A program made the position numbers and the translations under genes. The notes below the pieces were generated by a model. The model did not search any database. It saw only the letters and a program-made list of their open reading frames with translations, and was not told the DNA's origin. 64,000 bases of DNA from contig CAWGWF010000001.1 in the NCBI GenBank assembly GCA_963826225.1, positions 988,391 through 1,052,390 on the forward strand, written 5' to 3'. Positions 57,652 through 64,000 of this stretch are shown here, piece by piece; the stretch's first letter is position 1, and every line of letters starts with the position of its first letter. The DNA comes from an uncultured Chloroflexia bacterium (GTDB taxonomy: Bacteria; Chloroflexota; Limnocylindria; Limnocylindrales; CSP1-4).

Positions 57652-58667
57652 TGCGCCGCATCCTCGTCGCCGCCGCCGCGCCGGTCGTCGCGGCCCTCTC
57701 GGTGCGGCCGCTGGCGGACCGGATCGCAACCCGCCTGATGGACGCGCCCCGCCGGCTGCCCGAGGAGGCGGGAATGACGTCCGCCCTCGATGCGCTGGGC
57801 GGCGAGGTCGTGCGGCTGCGGGCACGGGACGGGGTGCGGCTCACGGGGCGCTGGCTGGCGGCGGACCCGGGTGCCCCGGGAGCTGCGGGCGACGACGCCG
57901 CCCCCGACGCCGCGCCGGCCTGGACGCCGGACCCGCGCGAGGCGATCCTGCTGCTTCACGGCTGGAGCGGTTCGGCCACGCCGGACCTGGTGGAGATGGG
58001 CCCGTTCCTGCGCCGGACGGCGGGCGTGCTGGGCCTCGACTTCCGCGGCCACGGCGGGTCCGACGATGGGCCGACGACGTTCGGCCTGCTCGAGGTCGAG
58101 GACGTCGCCGGCGCGCTCGCGTGGCTGGGCGAGCGGGGGATCTCGCGGGTGGCCCTCGTCGGCTCCTCGATGGGCGGCGTCACCGCGATCGCGGCCGTCG
58201 CCGTGCTGGGTGACGGGCGCCTGCCCTCCGCGGACCTCGATCCCGCCGCGCCGGTGTCGCCGGGGCCGCCGCCGCGTCCTCGGATCATCGCCGTCGTGGC
58301 CGATTCGGTGGAGCCCGAGCTGGAGCCGCTGATCGCCCGCCGGATCGGCCGGCCGCTCGGCCGCCTGCTGGCCGGGCGGGCCTTCGGCCGCGTCGCGCGA
58401 CGGGTGGGCGGCGATCCGCGGCAGACGCAGCCCATCGCCATGATCGGCCTCCTGGAGGAGCTGCCGCTGCTGCTGGTCCACCTCAATGCCGACCCGCTCA
58501 TCCCGCTTGCGGAGGGCCGGCGCCTGGCCGCGGCCGCTCCGCCCGGCGCCCGCCACCTGGTGATCGAGGGCGCCGGGCACGGCGCGGCGCACGCCGCGGA
58601 CCCCGCCCGCTACGAGGCGGAGGTGGGCGCGCTGCTGCGGGGAGCCTTTGCCGCGGCGCGAGCGTAG
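57651..58667 (+). CDS. Alpha/beta-hydrolase fold protein
   Basis: Nucleophile elbow GSSMGG, with HGW upstream. The start overlaps the stomatin stop (TGATG). Confidence 0.7.
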   Translation: MRRILVAAAAPVVAALSVRPLADRIATRLMDAPRRLPEEAGMTSALDALGGEVVRLRARDGVRLTGRWLAADPGAPGAAGDDAAPDAAPAWTPDPREAILLLHGWSGSATPDLVEMGPFLRRTAGVLGLDFRGHGGSDDGPTTFGLLEVEDVAGALAWLGERGISRVALVGSSMGGVTAIAAVAVLGDGRLPSADLDPAAPVSPGPPPRPRIIAVVADSVEPELEPLIARRIGRPLGRLLAGRAFGRVARRVGGDPRQTQPIAMIGLLEELPLLLVHLNADPLIPLAEGRRLAAAAPPGARHLVIEGAGHGAAHAADPARYEAEVGALLRGAFAAARA

Positions 58668-58762
58668 GCGGGCGGTTCGGGCACGACCCCTATACTTCTC
58701 GGCGGCACCCATCGGGGACGAGCGCGGGGCTCGTAATCGCCGGTGCCATTCCAGGAGATCGG

Positions 58763-59935
58763 ATGACCGGGAAGGTCCTCGTCGTCGATGACGACGCGAG
58801 CGTCCAGCGCCTCCTCCAGTACACCCTCAAGCAGGAGGGGTACGAGGTCGTCCTCGCCGCTGACGGGGCGGAGGCCATCGCCCTGTGGGCGAGCGAGTCC
58901 CCGGACCTCGTCCTGCTCGACGCCACGCTGCCGACGCTCGACGGTTTCGAGGTCGCGACGCGGATCCGGGCCGAGGAAGGCCCGGGCTTCCACGTCCCGA
59001 TCATCATGCTCACCGCGGACCGTGACGTGCAGCAGAAGGTCCGCGCGCTGCGGGCCGGCTCGGACGACTACCTGATCAAGCCATTCCATCCGGCCGAGCT
59101 GCTTGCCCGGATGAAGAGCCTGATCGCCCGTTTCGCGCCCGGCGACACGCTGGTCGGGCGTCCGCCGATGGGCCGCATCCACGCCTACTACGGTGCCAAG
59201 GGCGGTGTCGGCACGACGACGATCGCGATCAACGCCGCGATTGCGCTCCACAACCTCGGGCGGCGGGTCTGCCTCGTGGACGGCAATCTCCAGTTCGGCG
59301 ACCACCGCGTGTTCCTGGATCTCGGCCTGGACCGCAAGAGCATCGCGGATGTCGTCAGCGCCCCCACCATGGACGCGGACCTGATCCGGCGCATCGTGCA
59401 GCCACACGAGTCCGGCGTGGACCTGCTCCTGGCGCCACCGACCCCCGAATCCGCGGATCTCGTCACGGCCGCGCACATGCACCAGATCCTGGACCTGCTT
59501 GGCGGCATGTACGACTACGTGATCGTGGATATCGACAAGCGGCTCGAGGACGTGAACCTCATGGTCCTCGACATCGCGGAGACGATCTTCGCGGTCATGA
59601 CGGCCGACCTTTCGTGCCTCAAGAACGTCCGCCTGGTGCTCGAGACCATCGGCCACCTCGGTTACGAGGCGAACAAGCTCAAGCTCGTGCTCAACCGGTC
59701 CAACGCCTTCACCGGCATCAACGTGAAGAGCGCCGAGGGTGCGCTCAAGCGGCCGATCGAGTACCAGATCGTGAACGAGTACCGGGGTGCGATCTCCGCG
59801 CTGAACACGGGGGCCCCGTTCATGCTGGGCAAGGCGGACTCGGTCCTGGGGCGGTCGGTGCTCGACTTCGCGCGGGCGGTGGACAAATCCGGTCCGGCGG
59901 CCGTGGCCCAGCTGGCCCCCGTCGCCGGGAGGTAG
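58763..59935 (+). CDS. Response-regulator receiver fused to a CpaE/TadZ-type ParA/MinD-like domain (paralog 2, degenerate Walker A)
   Basis: Canonical REC domain (VVDDD, LLDATLP, KPF). The ATPase domain reads GAKGGVGTTT, so the signature GKT lysine is replaced by Thr. A TATACT hexamer lies upstream. Confidence 0.8.
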   Translation: MTGKVLVVDDDASVQRLLQYTLKQEGYEVVLAADGAEAIALWASESPDLVLLDATLPTLDGFEVATRIRAEEGPGFHVPIIMLTADRDVQQKVRALRAGSDDYLIKPFHPAELLARMKSLIARFAPGDTLVGRPPMGRIHAYYGAKGGVGTTTIAINAAIALHNLGRRVCLVDGNLQFGDHRVFLDLGLDRKSIADVVSAPTMDADLIRRIVQPHESGVDLLLAPPTPESADLVTAAHMHQILDLLGGMYDYVIVDIDKRLEDVNLMVLDIAETIFAVMTADLSCLKNVRLVLETIGHLGYEANKLKLVLNRSNAFTGINVKSAEGALKRPIEYQIVNEYRGAISALNTGAPFMLGKADSVLGRSVLDFARAVDKSGPAAVAQLAPVAGR

Positions 59936-60008
59936 CGCCGGCAGCCGGTCCCGGCCGGGAGCGTCCCTGATAAGTGCGTGGTGAGCGCCTGGGCCTACCG
60001 TCTGCCCC

Positions 60009-61604
60009 GTGCTTGCGACCCTGCTCTCCGCCACGCTCCACGGGATCACCGGCCGTGTCGTGCGGGTGGAGGTGGACGTGGCGCCCGGCCTGCCGGGGTT
60101 CACGATCGTCGGGCTGCCGGATGCCGCCCTGTCCGAGGCGCGGGAGCGGGTCCGCGGGGCGCTCCGCAACGCAGGATTCCACCACCCGCCGCGCCGGATC
60201 ACGGTCAACCTCGCCCCGGCCGAGCTGCGCAAGGCAGGCGCCTCGCTGGACCTCGCCATCGCGCTCGGGATCCTGCTGGGCTCGGAGCAGGTGCGCCCCC
60301 GGCCCGGTCGCGTCGGGCTGATCGGGGAGCTGGGTCTGGGCGGGGAGGTGCGGCCCGTACCGGGAATCCTGCCGATGTGCCTGTCGCTCGCCCGTCACGG
60401 TGTCCGGCGCGTCCTGGTGCCCCGGGAGGCCGTGGCGGAGGCCCGGCTCGCCCCCGGCATCGATCCGGTCGCCGTGGCCAGCGTCTCCGAGGCGGCCGAG
60501 GCACTGCGGGCGCCGCGCTCCCGGCGGCCCGCCCCGATGCCTCTGCCACGCGCCGGGGAACCCGCCGGGACGCCGGAGGCGCGAACGGACGCCACCTCCG
60601 CAGGCGTACCGGCGGAGGGCGGCCGCTCCGCAGCAGACGGCGTCGTGGACCTGGCGGACGTCCGCGGCCAGGTGGTTGCCCGCCGGGCGCTGGAGATCGC
60701 CCTTGCCGGCGGCCACGCGCTGCTGCTCATCGGACCGCCGGGCGCCGGCAAGACGCTGCTTGCGCGGACCATTCCCGGGCTGCTCCCGGACCTCGGGGAC
60801 GCGGCGGCCCTGACGGCGACGATGGTCGCGTCCGTGGCCGCTGTTCGCCCGCTGGATGCCCTCGTTCGCCGGCCACCGGTCCGCATGCCACACCACACAA
60901 CCTCGTATGCCGGGATGGTCGGTGGCGGGCCGCGCATGTCGCCCGGGGAGGTGACGCTGGCCCACGAGGGCGTGCTGTTCTGCGACGAGCTGCCGGAGTT
61001 CGGTCGGGACGTCCTCGAGGCCCTCCGGCAGCCTCTGGAGGACGGTGCGGTCAGCGTGGTGCGCGTGGGACGTGCGGAGACGTTCCCGGCCCGCTTCACG
61101 TTCGTGGCCGCGATGAACCCCTGTCCCTGCGGCCAGCATGGGTCCGCGGACCGCAGCTGCTCCTGCCCGCCGGGGATCCCGGAGCGGTACTTGCGCAAGG
61201 TGTCCGGGCCGCTGCGGGACAGGATCGACCTGTGGGTCGTCGTGGACCGCGTCCCCCCTGCGGTCCTCGTGGCCGGGACGGCGCCGGAGTCGAGCGAGAC
61301 CGTCGCCGGGCGGATCGCGGACGCCCGCGCCCGCCAACGGGGACGCGCCGGCGAGCAGCCGAACGCGCGCGTGCGTGGCCGCGCGCTGCGCGAAGCCTGC
61401 GCCCTGGACGCATCGACGCAGACCCATGCGATCCTCCTCGCCGAGCTGGAGGGCCTGTCCGGGCGCGGCACCGATCGGCTGCTGCGCGTCGCGCGCACGA
61501 TCGCCGATCTCGACGGCTCGGCCGGCGTCGAGGCGCGACATCTCGACGAGGCGGCACGGTTCCGGGTCCCGGTGGACCGGATGGCGCTGGGACGGGCCGG
61601 GTGA
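60009..61604 (+). CDS. YifB/ComM-family Mg-chelatase-like AAA+ ATPase
   Basis: N-terminal Lon-SSD-like domain, Walker A GPPGAGKT, and the C-terminal Mg-chelatase ChlI-like domain. Confidence 0.85.
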   Translation: MLATLLSATLHGITGRVVRVEVDVAPGLPGFTIVGLPDAALSEARERVRGALRNAGFHHPPRRITVNLAPAELRKAGASLDLAIALGILLGSEQVRPRPGRVGLIGELGLGGEVRPVPGILPMCLSLARHGVRRVLVPREAVAEARLAPGIDPVAVASVSEAAEALRAPRSRRPAPMPLPRAGEPAGTPEARTDATSAGVPAEGGRSAADGVVDLADVRGQVVARRALEIALAGGHALLLIGPPGAGKTLLARTIPGLLPDLGDAAALTATMVASVAAVRPLDALVRRPPVRMPHHTTSYAGMVGGGPRMSPGEVTLAHEGVLFCDELPEFGRDVLEALRQPLEDGAVSVVRVGRAETFPARFTFVAAMNPCPCGQHGSADRSCSCPPGIPERYLRKVSGPLRDRIDLWVVVDRVPPAVLVAGTAPESSETVAGRIADARARQRGRAGEQPNARVRGRALREACALDASTQTHAILLAELEGLSGRGTDRLLRVARTIADLDGSAGVEARHLDEAARFRVPVDRMALGRAG

Positions 61605-62941
61605 TGCTGGGGATCGGGCGCTCCGGGCCGACCGGGGGCGAGTCGCCACCGGACGCCGCCGCAACGCGCAGCGCCGGCACCGGCCCGGGGATCCCCGATC
61701 GGGAGCGCGACGCATGGGTGGTCCTGGCCGGGGTCACCGGCGTCGGCCCGGTGTCGTTCGGGCGCCTCGTCGCCGCCTTTGGGAGCGCGTCGGCCGTCCT
61801 GGTGACGGCCGGCGCGCCCGGAGCGGTCGCGCGCCTCGTCGACGCGTGCATGGACCCGGACGGCGGCCCGGCCACGCTCGGCCCGGACGCGGCCCGGGCG
61901 ATCGCCGAGGCGGCACAGGAGGCGGAACGGCGGCTGGCGCCGGTCCGGGCAGCGGGCGTGCACGTCATCACCCTCGCCGACGAGAGCTACCCGGCGCGCG
62001 TCCGCAGGATCGAGCTGCCGCCGCCGGTGCTGTTCCTGCGGGGGGACCCCGCGTCACTGGACCGGGAACGGGCAGTCGCGATCGTCGGGACGCGACGACC
62101 CACGGAGGCGGGCCGCCAGCTGGCCGCGCGGATCGCAGAGGCCGTCGGCGGACTCGGGGCCATCGTCGTGTCAGGTCTCGCGCTCGGAATCGACGGTGCC
62201 GCGCACGCCGCCGCCATCCGGTCGGGGACGCCGACCGTCGCGGTGATCGGCGGCGGTCACTCGCGGCTGTACCCCGCTGCGCACCGAGGGCTGGCGGACG
62301 CGATCGTGGCCGGCGGCGGCGCCGTCGCGAGCGAGTTCCCGCCGGACACCATCCCAACCCGGGGGACGTTCCCGCGTCGGAACCGGATCATCAGCGGGCT
62401 CGCGGACGCGACGGTCGTCGTGGAGGCCGGGGCCCGGAGCGGTGCCCTCACGACGGCCGCCTGGGCGCTGGAGCAGGGGCGGGGGCTTCACATCGTGCCC
62501 GGGCGGGTCGGGGACCCGGCGGTCGCCGGCTGTCTCGCGTTCCTGCGGGAGGCAGCCGGCGAGGCCCGGATCGTGGTGGGCGTCGCGGAGCTGCTCGAGG
62601 ACCTCGGACTCCTCACCAGCCGCGGTGCCGCGCGCGGCGACGCCGCGACGACCTCGGGGCTGGAGCAGATCAGCATGGATGCCCTCATCGCGACCCTTGC
62701 CCCGGCGGAGCGGTCGGTGGCGCGGGAGCTCGTGGGTGGCACGGGCTCGGTGGACGAGCTGGCGGCCGCCACGGGATACCCGGGCGCCACGTTGCTCGGG
62801 GTGCTGACGTCCCTCGAGGTGCGGGGCATGGTGTTGGAGGCCTTCGGCCGCTACCGGGCGGCGGGTCCGCTGGCCCGCACGGGCCAGGTGGATCGCCCCA
62901 AGACCCTGCGCCGCGGCGGCGGCCGGCGGCGCGCGGCGTGA
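61604..62941 (+). CDS. dprA: DNA-processing protein DprA (Smf)
   Basis: Rossmann-like DprA core (GLALGIDGAAH ... RNRIISGL) and a C-terminal winged-helix domain. The ATG overlaps the comM-like stop (ATGA). Confidence 0.8.
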   Translation: MLGIGRSGPTGGESPPDAAATRSAGTGPGIPDRERDAWVVLAGVTGVGPVSFGRLVAAFGSASAVLVTAGAPGAVARLVDACMDPDGGPATLGPDAARAIAEAAQEAERRLAPVRAAGVHVITLADESYPARVRRIELPPPVLFLRGDPASLDRERAVAIVGTRRPTEAGRQLAARIAEAVGGLGAIVVSGLALGIDGAAHAAAIRSGTPTVAVIGGGHSRLYPAAHRGLADAIVAGGGAVASEFPPDTIPTRGTFPRRNRIISGLADATVVVEAGARSGALTTAAWALEQGRGLHIVPGRVGDPAVAGCLAFLREAAGEARIVVGVAELLEDLGLLTSRGAARGDAATTSGLEQISMDALIATLAPAERSVARELVGGTGSVDELAAATGYPGATLLGVLTSLEVRGMVLEAFGRYRAAGPLARTGQVDRPKTLRRGGGRRRAA

Positions 62942-63076
62942 GCGAGGTTGCCCGTCCGTGCGGGGCGGTGCTACGCTCCGGTCGACTTCCAGCCCGTTGC
63001 GGCCCCCGCACAATCACTGGCTGGAGGTCAGGCCCGTGTCGCTGGGCATCGGCTGCGCGGACCTGGAGGAGACGTA

Positions 63077-64000
63077 TTGCGGAAGCTCGGCGCGCTCGCG
63101 CTCGCCGTCCCGGTGGTGGTCGGCATCTACCTCGCATCCCTCGCCCGCGCGGGCATGGTGGGCCGCATCGGTTCGGGGATCGCTGCGTTCGCGATCGTTG
63201 GCTTGGTCGTCGTCGCGAGTCTGCCGCCTGCGCCCAGCAGTGCCGCCCCCGTGTCGGGCACGCCCGAGCCGGTGGATGCCCGGTTCCTCGATGCGGTGCA
63301 GACGGGGCACGGGCTCGCGTCCCCGTTCGTCGTCCAGTTCGACGCCCCGATGGATGCCGCGTCGGTCGCCGCTGTGCTGCGCCTCGACCCGGACGGCCCG
63401 ATCTCGCTGGCCTGGGACGCGTCCGGGAGCCGGCTGACCATCGCCCCCGTGGAGCACTGGACGCCCGACACGCTGTACCGGATCACGATCGGGGCCACGG
63501 CCCGCGCCGCCGCCGGTGGCACGCTCGGGGCGCCGCTGCGCGCGCTGGTGCTCACGGAGGCGGCGGCGGAGGCCCGCCTCGAACCGATCGCCAAGGCCGG
63601 CAAGGCCGTCCTCCTCGACACCGCCTTCCGCATCGCCACGACCCGCGAGGTCAGTGCCGAGTCCGTCCGCCGCGCGCTGCGAACCGAACCGGCCGTCACC
63701 GGAGAGGTCGTCGCGGGTGACGCCCCGGGCGAGCTCCTGTTCCGGCCGACCGCCCCCCTCGCACCCGGGACGACCTACCGGATCTGGCTCGAGGGTCTCC
63801 GTGATACGGATGGCATCGCGTTCGGCGCCCTGCCGTCGATCAAGGTGAGGACCGTCGCAGCTCCACAGGTCGTCCGCTTCCGGCCGCGCAACGGCAGCGA
63901 GGGGGCGGCCCGCACCGACGCGATCTCGGTCCGCTTCACCGAGGCCATGAACCGGAAGGTCACGGCCGCGGCGTTCCGGGTGACCGTGAACGGCAAGGCC
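63077..64000 (+). CDS. Membrane-anchored protein with tandem Ig-like (Big/SbsA-type) domains, 3'-partial (it runs off the window)
   Basis: Not in the ORF track because there is no stop in the window. My manual translation, from a TTG preceded by GGAGGAG, gives an N-terminal TM/signal segment and then repeated units of about 90 aa (VVQFDAPMDAASVAAVLRL..., AFRIATTREVSAESVRRALR..., VVRFRPRNGSEGAARTDAISVRFTEAM...). Confidence 0.55.
   Translation, partial: MRKLGALALAVPVVVGIYLASLARAGMVGRIGSGIAAFAIVGLVVVASLPPAPSSAAPVSGTPEPVDARFLDAVQTGHGLASPFVVQFDAPMDAASVAAVLRLDPDGPISLAWDASGSRLTIAPVEHWTPDTLYRITIGATARAAAGGTLGAPLRALVLTEAAAEARLEPIAKAGKAVLLDTAFRIATTREVSAESVRRALRTEPAVTGEVVAGDAPGELLFRPTAPLAPGTTYRIWLEGLRDTDGIAFGALPSIKVRTVAAPQVVRFRPRNGSEGAARTDAISVRFTEAMNRKVTAAAFRVTVNGKA

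Noticed and set aside
62958-63437. 159-aa plus-strand ORF in frame 0 downstream of dprA
   Set aside because: Low-complexity Arg/Ser/Trp-rich shadow sequence. The frame +2 ORF from 63077 gives a coherent Ig-repeat protein with a strong RBS.

Overview
This is a 64 kb, very high-GC (about 70%+) bacterial chromosomal segment with actinobacterial-type gene content and codon usage. Coding density is above 90%. GTG and TTG starts are frequent, and many neighbouring genes overlap by 1-4 bp (ATGA or GTGA junctions), which implies operons. I found no CRISPR array and no transposase or integrase. I found one tRNA (CAU anticodon).

Most of the window is housekeeping. There is a partial SEDS glycosyltransferase followed by a class B PBP. 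There are MurJ, MurI, SerA, FtsH, inorganic pyrophosphatase, YchF and RarA. YifB/ComM overlaps DprA. There are also a TrpB2 / Zn-ribbon / TyrA cluster, agmatinase, and M20 and M28 peptidases.

Several accessory modules stand out:
- a MoxR AAA+ ATPase, DUF58 protein and transglutaminase operon;
- a signal-peptide and membrane-anchored protein with 23 near-identical 24-bp tandem repeats encoding DPTPAPDA. It is translationally coupled to a membrane GGDEF-EAL protein, and the two-gene module is bracketed by a roughly 100-nt direct repeat;
- a single-chain UvrD-type helicase with a C-terminal Fe-S PD-(D/E)XK nuclease domain, translationally coupled to an orphan beta-class DNA methyltransferase and a HAD hydrolase;
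- a MrfA/YprA-like helicase carrying a DUF1998 zinc ribbon, overlapping a MrfB/YprB-like DEDD exonuclease with TPR repeats;
- two separate SPFH/NfeD pairs: NfeD-short with flotillin, and NfeD-long with stomatin plus an alpha/beta hydrolase;
- two stand-alone REC-CpaE/TadZ-like paralogs that show complementary motif degeneracy.

One M20D amidohydrolase gene is interrupted by a +1 frameshift. The six-frame track contains many long shadow ORFs, which are expected at this GC content. I resolved them by domain content and gene junctions.
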